From Lama glama (taxonomy: Eukaryota): a stretch of 64,000 nucleotides of DNA. Positions 37,995 to 51,259 of this stretch are shown piece after piece (the first letter of the stretch is position 1; each line of letters starts with the position of its first letter). The translations under genes and the position numbers were made by a program. The notes under the pieces are model-generated. The model was not told the origin of the DNA. It did no database searches and saw nothing but the letters and a program-made list of their open reading frames with translations. The stretch covers positions 6,264,001 to 6,328,000 of the forward strand of contig CM052816.1 of assembly GCA_028534125.1 (NCBI GenBank). Direction: 5' to 3'.

Positions 37995-38510
37995 GCAGTC
38001 ACAAACGGGCAGTTGGTGGTACCGATGCAAGCCCAGGGATGTGTTTAATTGGTTCACCTATTTAATTTCAAAACAAGCAAACCTTGAACCAACTTTAAAA
38101 GCCTGAAAAATGTGCGTAAGCGTTTGTATCTCTGGCTTCTCTTGGAAGGTTGAAACATCTGACAGTGTTTATTTCCGATTTTTTTATTCTTACGAGCTGA
38201 GGCTTAGCCCTTTAGATGGCATATGAGTTCTCCAGCCTTCTAGCTGCACCATCACTGCCAGCTGTCCCCCTGAAACCAAGATCTGTTGTCAATTTCCATT
38301 TGTTATCCAAAGGCCTGCTGTCTTTCCTATTGTGAAGCAAGCTCTCTCAAACGTGTGAAAATGAGAAATAAATGAAGAAGGCTGCCATGTTTTCAAAAAG
38401 TGAGGCAGAATACGCGCTTATGGAAGTGAAGACTACGCCTGTGTGTTTAAGATTCCAGCCAAGTGTCTGTGTTTCTTGTTTTCCCCACACCTGGACTGCT
38501 TCATCCATGT
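37995..38510. mobile_element. hAT-Charlie (MER102/Charlie4-like) fragment
   Basis: tatctctggcttctcttggaagg...acatctgacagtg. Confidence 0.5.
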
Positions 38511-39949
38511 ACGTTCCTTGCCTGCCTCCTGGAGGTGTTTGAGTTGAGCCCCCTCCCCCATAACGCTTCAGCTTTGCTCATCCTTTCCTTGGGAGTAGGG
38601 GGCGTATCTCAAAGCTATATTTATTCTCCTTCCCCCGGAAGGTTACCCTTTTAAGTGAATCATGCCTCATTGCCTCTGTATTTCCTTCCTGGGGGGTGTG
38701 TTCCTTTGGATCCCAAGCTCTGGGGCATTTATTCCACATCACTGCATCCCTGCCTCTGCCAGCTAGGCTGCAGGGCTCCGTCCTCTCTGGAGACTGACAG
38801 GGGAACTTTCTTTCCCCCTTTGCTTCACCTCTGGCTGTCCCAGGAATTCTTCTGTGGCCAAGGTACCTCTTCTGCCTCGACTCCAAGTGTGTGGCTGCCT
38901 GCTTTTGACTTTCAGGGCTCCAGATGATCTGGTTTCTGTGTTTTGTGGGAGTGGAGCAGTGGGTGAAGTAGATTATAACAAAAATGTACCTTGTAAAGAA
39001 CTTTATAATTTAAAACACTTCAAGAGAGAATTCAAGATAGTAAATATACCCTAACAAGGCTTTGCTTTGGGTTGAGAAATTGAGCCGTGTGTATATTGTT
39101 TCTTCTTTTCTTGCCTTTTTATTTTCTAAGTTAACTACACAACACAGAATACTTTAGTGATCTGAAAATAAAACTGTGACTGAAAAAAATTTAAAAGCAC
39201 TCTGCATAACCTCATTTGAACATTATTTTTAAAAAATTGGGTTAGTACGTGAGGATAAAGCACAGTCAAGTCATTTTGACACCCTCCCTTGCCCTTACTT
39301 GTCACCAGACCCTGACCCACTGGCCAGAATCCTGGCTTCTTAGGTTGCTGATTTTGTTTGTTCGTTTGTTGTGTTTTGAGCCTTTGCACTTTAGATCCAG
39401 AGTGCTGTTGTAATGTTGAAGCAGTGAGATGTGGATTGTTGTTTTTTCTTGCTTTCTGCCAGGTAGAAGGGTGCAGTTCAGCAGCCAGGCAGATTAGGTG
39501 AGTGAAGAGGGTGGGGTGTAAGACAAGGCATGCCTGGGACTGCTGGGAGCTGGGCGTGTGGGCTCTGTCCCTGGACAGTAGCCAGCTGGGCTCTGGGAGG
39601 TCATTACCGGCAGGAGAGCAGGGCAAGTCTAACCTTATTTCATGACTTTCAAAGTCAGGCTGAGCATCCAGGTTAGGAATAAGAGATGTCCTAATTATGA
39701 TGTGTTGCATTCACAAGCAGCAGTTTGTGTCTTCTGGTGCAGCGTGCAAAGGGGTGGCTCACTGCTTGCCATGTGACTCCGCAAGGCATTTAACTTATCC
39801 TGTCTTCATTTCCCACTTTTGGGAAAGGGGAAGATAATACCCGTCTGGCAAATGAACATGGGGGTTGTCAACAAGGATACTGTCTTTAAATAACTATTTA
39901 TTGGGCGCTTCTTCTGTTGGAGTTAGCTAAGTGACTAAAGCAAAGAACC

Positions 39950-40443
39950 AAAGTCAGTGTTCTTAGTCGAAAACAGCAGAGGCTGACTCTCGTGAAACAG
40001 AAGAGGGATTTGGGAAGATCAGGATCCCCGGAAAACGGGAGAAGCAGATTGAGAGGCTGAGGAGCCGCTGCCAACAGCATTTAAAATCATGCAACAGGAT
40101 TGGCCAAGATGTCACTGTCCCTGGGCATCAGATGCCACACCTGGTACTGTTGAAAAAGTAGCAGTCCTGCACACTGCCCCCAGAAACACAGTGACCACGC
40201 ATCACTTTACACTACGCATCACGGAATAGCCCCCACTTCTCCATCACTGATGTACAGTCCAACACTTAGTTCTAACACGTCTGGTTGGCAGAGCCCAGGC
40301 ACCATACTCACATCGTGAACCCAGAAGAGGCTAGGATTTTAGCTCCTGCGGGGGAACGTAGGCTGGGTTTCCTCAAAAACATGATTCCGTAATATAAGAA
40401 GGAGGTTTAGGCACTGAGGACCAAACCGAAGAACCATATCCCC
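39950..40443 (-). mobile_element. Old MLT1 (K-type) LTR
   Basis: ctggttggcagagcccagg...aagaaggaggtttaggcactg. Confidence 0.5.
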
Positions 40444-41169
40444 TTGAGTTCCTACCCTCCAGGAATTTACAGTCTAATTGGAAATAGGAAATAGTGTTTT
40501 AAATATGTCAGACGATTGTCACCTGTAACTATTTTATATTAACAGACATGTAGCCAGCTCACTCCTCTGTGAGTTTACCTAGAAAGTTTACCTGGTAGAA
40601 GGGCTTTTGTTAGCTTCTCTTTTGGGACACCCAAGTCCTTCGTAGTGCCTGTGTCTCCAGAAGCTTGTATTTTCCCATTATTTCTGGGCTCTCCTTATCT
40701 GAAATTACTGAGCAGACCAGGGTGCTGTGATCATCTCTGAGAATAGAAAGCTAAAAATACCTTGGGGAGAGGGCACGCTCCTTCCAGGCTGAACAGGGCC
40801 AGCCAGCCTGCAATCCATCTTCTCTGTCTACCCTCATTTCTACACCTTTGTCTTTCCCGGAGCTTTGGGAGTGATGACAGTGTTTTGCAAGTTTGCCCTC
40901 AGACTCTTCTGGCTTATGGATCTTACTGTTACGTCATGTGCCTCTGTGAAAAGAGGGGATCTCAGTGGTCTGTAAGCTTCCCTCCTACCTGTTGCAGAAA
41001 TCCCACTGCCTCACCTCAACAATTCCCATGAGACTCTAAACTCCGGAAGGTAGGGATTCTAGCTTCGATTCTCATCACTTTAGCCATAGTGATTAGTACC
41101 ACGCATGGCTCATGAGTGGCACTCACATATTTGCGGAATGAAGGATCATGCATGGTCAGCTTAAAAAAA

Positions 41170-41635
41170 AAATCACTTGCAAATGAAGGAAGCTCAACAC
41201 CCAAGTAGGTGAATCCAGAGAGGGGATCTTAAGTAGAACATGTAACTCTAAAATCTCAGGGTGCCTTTAGGCACGGGTGGATCCAGGAACTGTCTGCTCT
41301 CTTCCCTTGCTAAGTCTTCCCTACAAGAGTTCTTGCAGACAGGTCTTTCCTCTCACTTTCCAAACAACTCTGAGAGAAAAAGGTTTTACCCCCATTACTT
41401 CCTGAAAATGGTCCAAGACTGAATTTAACTGGACAGCTAGATTGCAGGCTGATCCACGCAGAGAGTCCATAGTGATGGGCTATTGATTGGCTTGGTCTCT
41501 GCCACAGATTGATCCTTGGAGTCCGGGAAAGCCCAGCCAGGTCCTGTGGGCTGGGCATGAAGTAACTGGGGCACCCTAAAGCAGAACTGCAAAACTGAGG
41601 TGTTATTGCCAGTAGACAGGAGAACAGATGCTGGA
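41170..41635 (-). mobile_element. MLT1J-like LTR
   Basis: ttaggcacgggtggatccagg...ggagaacagatgctgga. Confidence 0.6.
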
Positions 41636-42061
41636 TATAGCAAGTTGAATAGTGTCCCCCCCCCCGCAAAGATGTGTCTACCTGGAACCTGGGAATGGGA
41701 CTTTATTTGGATAAAGGATCTTTGCATATGTAATTAAGGATCTCAAAATGAGATGCTCTTGAATTAAGGTAGGCCCTAAATCCAGTGACTGGTGTCCTTA
41801 GAAGAGAAAGAAGACATGTGGAGAAGGCAATGTAAAGACGAAGGTACATACTGGAGTGATGTTATCTTCAAGCCAAGAAATCTCAAGGATTGCCAACATT
41901 CCTGGAAGCTAGGGGAGAGGCAGGGAACAAATCCTCACTAAGGGCCTCTAGAAAGATTCAACCCTGCTAACACTTTGACTTTTATACTTCTGGCCCCCAG
42001 AATTGTGAGGCTAAATTTCTTCTATTTTAAGCCACCAGTTTGGAGTGATTTGGTAAAGCAC
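41636..42061 (+). mobile_element. MLT1B/C MaLR LTR
   Basis: gttgaatagtgtcccc...ggccctaaatccagtgactggtgtcctta...ttttaagccaccagtttg. Confidence 0.9.
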
Positions 42062-45000
42062 ATATGTGGTGTAGGTTAAAAACAAATCAGGTTTGCTGCA
42101 ATCAGCAAGTATTGGTTATTCTAATCTGAGTGTTCCCTGTAAGCCAGGAGCTTGGGTTGAGATTTGTATTGACTTCAGCCAGTGTTTACTTCACTCTCCA
42201 ATCCATTAGGAACCCAGCTGTGCTGTCAGCCTGTTTGGGATGTACCTCCTCTAACGGACAATATGGAATTTAAGCACCCCATTGCATCAATTTAAAAATA
42301 TAACAGAAAGGCCCACAGGATGGTGCCATGTGCGTGGCAGAAGACACACAGCTGGTGTCCAACAGAATGGGGCCCTGCTGTCCTCTTTGCCACTTGATGT
42401 TTCTCAGTCATCTCTTTGGAACTCTTAAGATGTAGAAGCTTCACCTCTGTACAACGTAAACGGCATGTTCTGGGACGTTGTCAAAGAGTTGTTGTGCAGC
42501 AGCTCTTTAGTATAGCATCTTCTGGGGCTGTGGTGATGGGAGAGAGGAGGAGAGAGACAGGCACAGACACGCCGACACACCTTACATACCCACCAACACA
42601 CACATCACACACACACACAGGAGAGAGACCAGCACCAGGATTGCTGCTACCTGTAACCCGTGGTGTGAATGTTTGCTGGTAAGATGTTTTTCTTCTATTT
42701 TTTTTTTGTCTTTTGAGTTCTTTTTCCTTTTCTTGTGAATAGGAAACATCTAATCCCTTGCTGAGTCTTCCAGGTGTGTTATTTTTCCAGCTCATTGGCT
42801 GCATTTGTTCCCCCTACCCCTTTTATTTTTTCCCCCTGGGCCACAAGCAGCCCTGACAGAAGTGGGGATTCTGGCACGATTTGTTAGAGGCTGACAGCCA
42901 ACTTGCAGACCAGAGCCCCAGTGAAATCAGGGCCTGAATGTGCCATGTGGGGCACTCAGCACTGGGGAAAAGGTGGTCACGTGGTGCTGGATTTCAGTTT
43001 GTGTTTTTATGAGGGTCAAGTGGGAAGATGTACTAAAGAATGGGTTTAAAAAAACAAGCATATGTTAGTCATACGCTCATCTTCAGGAGAATACACATGG
43101 CTTTCCATTCATCAGGTTAATGTTTGATTTGTTTTAGATTCCCTGTAAGAAGGGGAGGGAGGAAAGAAAAAGGATGAAGGAAGGAGGAAAACAAATATCT
43201 TTTTTTTTTTTTGGTTAAAATAGAAACAAGCATCAATTGACTTATCCTGCTTTTCAATTAAAGTTAAATCTCAACCCCATTTGCGTGCTATGTGCATGTG
43301 TACCAAACACACCCATCAAGAACTGAGTAATTGGAAAAAATAAACCATCCAAGAGGATATCACGGATGGATGTGTCCGGTTCCATCAAGTACAGAGTCAC
43401 GAACTCAAAACAAATAAGCAGATACCTTAAGTCTATAAGCAAAGATCATTTCAGTTGAAAAGTAGCCTCAACTTATTATTTAAGTTTATGTTTTTAAATT
43501 TCACTTCCTTGCACTGATTTTGAGTAGGGTATGGAGTAGTGTGTTGAGTTGGGCACAAGCCAAAATCACAGTCTAATGGTGATGGGTCTTTGCCTCCAGT
43601 GGCTGTTTTAATGCTGAATTCTTTACAAAGCTCTCTTTTGTGGATTTTCACCCTTTTCCCTTCTCTTCATTCCATTCTTGATTCACTTTTCTTAACTCTC
43701 CTGCCTTCTACTTCTGCCTTCTGCAAATGTGGCTTCCTTTTATTTATCTATAAAAATTTAATTACTTTTACTGAATAAAGCCAAATATTGGGGACGTTTA
43801 GAAGAAAAGATGGTTTTGTGTACCAGCAAGTCTGAATTGGTGGCTTTTTTTTTTTTTGGCTTGGTCTTTCCTGTTGTGTTTTAAAAGAACTTTTAAGTGC
43901 CATAATACCTTAAACTAGCTGCTTATCCAGCACTGATAAGTCAGACTCTGTGTGGTACTGATTTAATGAAGATTTCAAGTTTTCTCTAATGACAGCTCCC
44001 TTTGGCCATAAGGTGCTAACATACGCTGACTCCTAGGTGGCGGAAGTTCCTGGACATGTTTTCCTGGAGCACACAAGGCAGCAAGCAGCTGAGTGACCTC
44101 AGACAAGTCTCTGATCCTGCCTTTCGATTTTCTGGAAAAGCACTACACCAGATGATGGCTAAAATCACTTAGGGCTCAGAACTTCTGTAACTTTGTGACT
44201 TGAGTTACACCATTGATGATTATAATAATAATAATGGCTCTGATTTATTGAACACTAACTACATTCTGGTCATGGTGCTAAGCATTGGACAGTCCTACTC
44301 CATGTGATGACCACCTCAATCTCGTAATTAAGACGGTACTACCATTATCCCCATTTTACATGGGAGAAGATCGAGGCTTAGGGACGGCAATGGACAGGTC
44401 CTTCTGGAGTCCATGTTCTTCACAGCTGCACTATATTGTAAGTTTCATTCCAGCTTATGTTCCACTTACCAAATGAGATTGGAATTAATGAGATTTTACC
44501 AACCTAGGGAACATTTCTCCTAATGTCTCCCATCCATCCTGCTAATTGGTCTTATAATTTTAGGCTCAGAGGCTTTCGTTCATCCTGCTTGACTTGGAAG
44601 GATGAGGGATGGAGTAAAGGGCACGGTATACGAAATGCATCTTTTGACCTTTCCCATCAGGACCTTCACTCACAGTTAAATTCCTGTGTGTCAGACAGGA
44701 AGGAACGCCTACCCTGTTAGACCCTATGACTCACAGGAGCGTTCTCTTGCTCCAAATCCTAAGACGCCTGGATTCCGTCTCTCCAGTGCCTTGGTAAATG
44801 AGCAGACAGACTGACGTCCCGTTTTTGTCTCCTGTTGAGGACTCCCAAGCAGCCATACTTCTGGGCATGTACTTAGTGTGCTTTTGTTTCTTGCAAAATA
44901 AAGCGATCCATTATTGACCTGTTTTCAGGGAAAAAGAAAGAACCTGCAGGCTGCCCTATTTCAATAGGTGTTTATCTCTTTCATGGTCTCAGGAGCTACT

Positions 45001-45919
45001 TGCTTTATTTCTCTCATTCTTAGCATCTCTCTCTCTACTGCCTCGGTTCCCTCCCACTTGCTAGATCCTCTGCTAACATCCTAGAGAGAGCCTTTTCATT
45101 TTTTTATTTTATATTCCTGTGGCCCCTAGAGAACTATGCTGCCATTGGAGATGTGTGGGAGCTTATTCCAGGTTTGTGAAGACAGTCAGTAGCCTCCCAG
45201 AGGCTTAATGCAAAGCAGTGGGTGTTGCCTTTCAGGTTTCTTGGTCATGCAGGGTTCTTTGGAGAATTTTTTAAAGAGCTCCTAGGATGGGATCTTTGGA
45301 TTTTTTTTTTTTTAAACAAAGGAAGGAAGGAAGAAAGCCTATAGAGAGTCCTGGAGCCTAAATTAAGCAGGACGAATTGCTGTTACCTTCAATGCCACCC
45401 CTTCTCTTAAGCCCATATTTTCCTTTCCCCTTTTGTGAACCCTCAGCACACGGGAGAAACATTGGCAGTGTCTCTCTGTCACTAGTTTCTCACAGTCTGT
45501 TCATTTTTGCGTTACCTGGGATACTCTAAAAGCACTTTAGGGTCTACAGCGTGGAGGTCAACAACTTTAAAAAAAAAAAAAGACACTCATTGACTCATTT
45601 AGTGCCCCTTAGGTAGTCAGGCACTGCACCCAGGTGCTGTAAATGCACCGTTTCTTTTAATCCTAGCAGTAACTGTAATAGGTAGTAATAGTCTTATTTC
45701 TATTACACATATGGGGGAAAGAAACTTAGAGGAACGACTCTGTCCAAGGTCACACCAGGAGCAGTGGAGGAGAAGACAGCAGAACATACGTCTTTGTAAT
45801 TTTACCCCACTGTGTCTGCACCAGTTTAAAGCCAACTGATCTGGTCACTAGATGTCCTGTAGACAATCACTGGGTGAGGAGACAGCACTGGTTGGAGCCG
45901 TATCCCCTCCGTAGAGGAG

Positions 45920-46650
45920 TGAGCATTTTGATGCAGCTCACAGAAATTGGTGGGTCATATACTTGGAGCAATTTGTCAATATCTAGTGAAGATGAAACTG
46001 TGCATACTCTAACACCCAGCTCTTGTACACAAATATCCGAGGGTCTGTCCTAGGAAAGCTAGCATACTATGCGTAAGAAGACATATCCAAGAAGGTCTGT
46101 TGCATCACGGTTGCCATGGTGAAAACGGGAAACAAATATCTACTAATCAGTGAATGGGTTAATAAGTTGTGGTAATTTCGCACGACACAATAATATAAAA
46201 AATTTACAGTGATAATAAATAGTATAAAAATTTACAGCAGATGCATGATAGCCATTTATTCTAAATGACTGTGCATCACTGGAAATAAAACGCAAACCAG
46301 ATGCATTGCAAAAGCAAATGGTAAAAAATGCGACATGAGAAAACCTTTAAAATACACAAAATGTTATACTGAATATGTAGTTTAGGGTTATGCAAACATA
46401 ACATGGGTGGGAGAGATACACGCCTACTTCCGGATAGTGGTTTCCTGCAGGGGGAGAGAAAATGGGGTATGGAGTAATAGAGGGGGAAGAGGTTCCAATA
46501 TATTTATGACACACTTTGCTTCAAATAGGAATTTGGAAAAACGTATGGGAAACTGATTATTAAATTCCAGGACATAAGCATGTAATTATCTCTGATTAGT
46601 CTTTGATTCCCTATGCTTTCCTGTGTGTACATTTAGTTCATAACTAACTA
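45920..46650 (+). mobile_element. L1ME-type 3' end
   Basis: ttggagcaatttgtcaatatcta...gtgaatgggttaataagttgtgg. Confidence 0.7.
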
Positions 46651-46885
46651 TTGTTCAAGAAAGGGAGAAGTGAGAAAAAGCGTCTGAAGGGTGTTTCAGA
46701 GGCTGGCTGGTTTTCACTTCCCCAGGCTCCATGGTGTCTGGGCATTTTCCAGGACACCCCAGGACTGAGCAGATAGCACATGTGAGAGATGGGTCTTGAA
46801 AGCTTCTAGTCATTCCAGATGATCCTTGCAGTCTGTCTGCCCCTCCATGCCAGCCAGGACAGCTCCCCACAGTGGACCTGCTAGT

Positions 46886-47140
46886 GTTTTTCTTTCTTTC
46901 TTTCTTTTTTTTAAAAGCAGTCAGTTACAATGTGTTAATTTCTGGTGCACAGCACAATGTCCCAGTCATGCATATACATACATATATTTGTTTTCATATT
47001 CCTTTTTATTAAAGGTTATTATAAGATGTTGAATATAGTTCCCTGTGCTATACAGAAGAAACTTTTTTAAAATCCATTTTTATATATAGTGGCTAACATT
47101 TGCAAATCTCAAACTCCCAAATCTATCCCTTCCCACCCTG
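46886..47140 (-). mobile_element. Camelid L1 3' end, 5'-truncated
   Basis: polyT then cagtcagttacaatgtg...atagttccctgtgctatacag...aaactcccaaat. Confidence 0.9.
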
Positions 47141-48190
47141 CGAACGTTCCTCTCATCTTACTTGCAAAGGCAAAGGCTTGTCATTCCTGCAGGGGAGAAA
47201 AGTCAGCTCTGAGTTCATGTCTTTTGCAACCTAGACTAAACATTGTTGCTTCTCCTCTTCTGCTTCCTTGGATTCTGTCTGGAGTGCAGAGGTGGGCCCA
47301 GGTCTCAGGAGAAGGGCACACTTCCCAGGCAGAATCAGGGAGGGGGGCTCTTTCTGCCCACTCACCCGGAAGTTCTCCCAGACCCTTCTGCTGGCAAACC
47401 TGCCAAGCAGTCTGGCCGCCTCCTTCCTGAGCTGCTTCCTGGGCACCTTACTCCAGATTTTTGCTTTATAAAATAGTTCCTCATGTTTTTTCTCATTTTT
47501 CTAAAATACATCTTATGCCCATTCCAGGGGGTGATATCGCCCAGCTGTCCTCAGTCTCTTTCCCGCTCCGCCTCCCCCTCCTGCCCCTTCTCTGCTCTCC
47601 CCAACCCCTCCCACTTTACTGGCTTCTCCTCCCCCTTCTCTCCCTCCAGAGGCCTGACTGAAGGGCTCCAGCAGCCTGCCACACCTCTAGATTTCCACTT
47701 AAATGAGCTCATAACATCCACATCAATGAAACCCCATCAGGTTTCCATTCCTTCCAGTTGGAAAAGTTCTAAACATCATAGAGGTTTTGGCTGTGTAGGA
47801 AAGAGCATGCATCCGGGCCCTCTCCGGCCGTGTGTTAATTCTGTGAGCTTGGGCAAATCACAGGAGTTGATTAAGTAAGAGTAATACTCCTTGTCTCCCT
47901 CATCAGAGGAAGGATCAGAGATAATATTGGTCAAACAACCAAGATACATAGGCAGAGAAGAAAAATGTCAGGCGCTGCAGTAACTTCATCGTCAGGCTGA
48001 CACGGGCCAAAGACCCAGAGTCGAGGCGTTCACCCCTGAACAGGGCTCAGGGCAATTCACAGCAGCTTCTCTTGTTCTCTTATGTTACGTGTCCTCTTTT
48101 CTGAGGAAGTATGCCGGGTGAGAATTCCAAAGAGGTCTTTTAGTTTCGTACTTACGTATTTGTATATATGTATACATGTGTGTACGTGTA

Positions 48191-48833
48191 TGATACAGGA
48201 ACAGGGAATGTGGGGGATGAGGAGGGCCATGTCCCAGGTCTCGGCTGAGCCCCTGGGACCTGCCCCGCCAAGTGTGAGTCCTTGGCTTCATTTGAATTGA
48301 GTGAGCCACAGTTGAGTAAAGGTAGATTTGTTTAGAGAGATGCACACTGCATAGAGTATAGGCTGTTTCAGAAGGCGAGAGAAAGGCTGCCAGGTGCACG
48401 GTTGGGTGCTCAGTTTAAAGTAAAAGTAGACACACACTCCACAGACAGAGTGCGGGCCATGTCACTCAGGAGGGAGAGCAGCACGAGGCGTGGGGGTGTT
48501 AGTTTTTATGGGCTCGGTAACTTCATTCGCTAACAAGGGGGAGGATTATTCCAACTCCTTTGGGGAAGGAGCTGGGATTCCCAGGAACTGGGCCTCTGCC
48601 CACCTTCTGACTTTTTATGGTTAGCCTTGGAACTGTCATGGCGCCTGTGGGAGTGCCATTTGGCCTGCTGCTATATTACAGTGAGAGTGTATGAAGCTCA
48701 AGGTCTACTAGCAGTCACATCTCCCGCCATCGTGGGCCTCAAGGTCTACTGGGAGTTGAGTCTCCCACTGTCTTGGTGTTAATTGCTGTCATTCCTTGAA
48801 TGGCTGTGCCTTGCCACCTTCCTTCCTGTCTCA
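48191..48833 (-). mobile_element. MER41-like ERV1 solo LTR, copy 2 (full length)
   Basis: Inverted termini tgatacaggaa/ttcctgtctca; TSD tgta/tata inside a TA/TG microsatellite; reverse complement has cactcccacaggcgccatgacagtt and gaataatcctcccccttgttagc, matching recalled MER41 blocks. Confidence 0.85.
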
Positions 48834-49049
48834 TATATACATGTGTACGATACAGTGTATATATACACATACACACATATGCGTGCAATATTTCTTTCTT
48901 TTCTTTGACATAAACAAGGGAGAATTTAGTTTATTCGTGGTAGATGAAGATTTTAGATCAGTGCAAGGAAAACATGTCTTCCTAACAAGTTTGTAAGTGA
49001 TTCTTTTCTGCTCATTTCCAATTCATGAAGACTTACTCCAGTAATAATC

Positions 49050-49340
49050 TGTACAACCAAGTGAAAAACAGGCAATAAATGTATAATGCAATTGATTAAA
49101 TGAAAAAAGCCGGTCTGTTTGTGGAGCGTGGAGCACAGAGCTGGAGCGGGCGGGATGATGACATGAGAAGCCGAGGTGCTGGTCTCCACTGTTCTCCAGA
49201 GGTGGACGGCCGGTGTCTGCAGCTCTGCTGCTCGCATAGCAGATGGTCTCTCAGGAAACCCCACTGTCGAGACCTCACCGGCTTTAGGTTCAGCCAGCCA
49301 TGTCTCCCATGGGTTTTGTTTGTTGCCACGTAGTCTGCTG
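49050..49340. promoter_or_regulatory. Candidate enhancer
   Basis: Non-repeat DNA; AT-rich homeodomain-type motifs (gcaataaa, tgattaaat) followed by a CpG-enriched stretch and E-box cagatg. Confidence 0.3.
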
Positions 49341-50115
49341 GGAAGTCCCATGGACTGCAAGTGAGGGGTTAGGGGTTTTATTCACAGGTCTGGAACTATT
49401 TATAGTGTGATTTGATCTTTGCCTTTCTGGGTCTTGGCTTCCCAATTTTGAAAATTTGCTAGAGTGGAGGAAAGTCTTTTTTTTTTTTGTCTTTTTTTAA
49501 ATTATACTGGGGAAAATTGTGGCACTATAATTCAGTGTCTGCATTGTCTGTTTTTATGTGTACGTGAGACTTGGTTACACTGCTGCTGGTACTTCCATGG
49601 GTCCCTCTCCCCCAAACGTTAAGGGGAATCTGAGGCTATTTCATGGGAAGGGAGGACTGGAGAAACTAGAACAGGATCGGTATCCTGTGTATCAAACAGG
49701 GTTGAAACTGATTTTAGAAAGAAGTTAAACACAGGCCGACAGAGAGGAACCTCAGCTGACAGTGATATTCAGCAGTTTTGGGGCTTGCGGGATCATCTTC
49801 TAAGTGTGAAAGTTAGAGATGGAGTAGAATATGACATTTTCCAGAAGCTTTCTGTGTGTTACATTGGAGAACTCATTTACTCATCACTGTGAGACTTGGG
49901 TTACTATTGGATAATGTAAATCTTTGGCTGTAAGAAGATGCAGCTTTAAATGAGGTTCTGACCTTCAGAGGGCCACATGAGGCCCTGGGATTTATGCAGG
50001 TTACATTTCCTCAGGTTTCCCCAAGGGAAGCCTGCTGTTAACAGTGGGTCCTTGTAGATCTAAAGGGATTTAAATGTAAAATATCTTTTCCTTCCTTTAC
50101 CTTTTATGCAATTAG

Positions 50116-50236
50116 ATGGCAAGAAATTCAGCTTCATCATTTAGAGGGAAATGGAATTAAGGAAAGGAATGTTGAGGACGAGGCTGATCCCTGACTTAAA
50201 AACTGAAAAAGAGAATTACTGGGTCAATTTTCTGAG
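50116..50236 (+). other. Candidate 121-nt exon
   Basis: Pyrimidine tract tcttttccttcctttaccttttatgcaattAG; donor GAG|GTGAGT; ATG at 50151 open to the donor. Confidence 0.3.
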
Positions 50237-51052
50237 GTGAGTCAGAGCCAAAAAAAGAAAAGCAAGAATTTTTGACAGAAGTTTTCATGGCTGGTTTTGG
50301 GTAACTTTAGTATGAAGATTTGGGGTTTCGTGAACACATTCACCCCTAGGATTTTTTTGGTTTTAGTTTTTGTTTGCCTAGAAAGATTAACATGATATAG
50401 AATATTTAAAACTCAGGCTTTTGATACGAGAGGCCTGGACTTGCTTCGTTGTTTGGCCATTTTACTTAGAAGCTTTTGGTCCAGAGGAAATTTCTTAGAT
50501 TCTCTGAGCCTCAATCTCCTCATCTCTAAACTGTGAATCATAATTTGATACCTACCTCATAGAGTATTATCCGAATATATGTGATAAGCAGGTTGCTTTT
50601 GTTAACACAGGCCATATAAGCATTCCATTTGTTTGCTGCTTTTATTATTTTCTGTTGAAAGTTTGTGTGAAAGAGGGAGAATTCACAGTTTTGTTTTATT
50701 GATGTTTTAATCTGATTTGTCTCTCTGCCTCACTAAGGAGATGTATTTTCCAGCACACCTTGGGCAGTGGGGGCGGCTCAGACGTGTATGGTTACGGCAG
50801 TGACTGGGTAAGAGTCGCTTGGAAAAACGTTTATTTTGAACCCATGTCCTGGACACTGTATTCAGGAGTCAAAAATGAGTGCAGCACGATACACAATTAT
50901 TTTCTTAAAGACCTTAAGTTCTAGGGATGAAGGTCAGATCTGTGGCAGGAAATTCAGGGCACAGTGTAGAAGCAAAATAATTTGCAGGATTATTTTAAGA
51001 ACTAAATGAGATAATGTATGTGGGATGCTTTAGAGTACTAAAGAGACCACAT

Positions 51053-51109
51053 TTTTTTCTTTCTTTCTTTCTTTCTTTCTTTCTTTTTTTTTTTTTTTTT
51101 TTTTTTTTT
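51053..51109 (+). repeat. (TTTC)n plus polyT tract
   Basis: Direct reading. Confidence 0.95.
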
Positions 51110-51259
51110 GCATCCTTGTATACCCAATACCTAGCACATGACCTGGCACCTATGTACCAATGGAACGAATGAATACTGACACTGCACATGTGCAGATGTT
51201 CCTGTTCTATGCATACCTGCACGGGGGTGCTATAAGCATTTTATTATTTAGTTTAAGGG

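Noticed and set aside
35218..39710. 183-aa (35218-35769) and 191-aa (39135-39710) minus-strand ORFs
   Set aside because: No recognisable domain or exon structure; composition typical of non-coding DNA
13374..48833. Two same-family LTRs as the ends of one provirus
   Set aside because: Each has its own TSD, they are 35 kb apart, and no gag/pol/env lies between them
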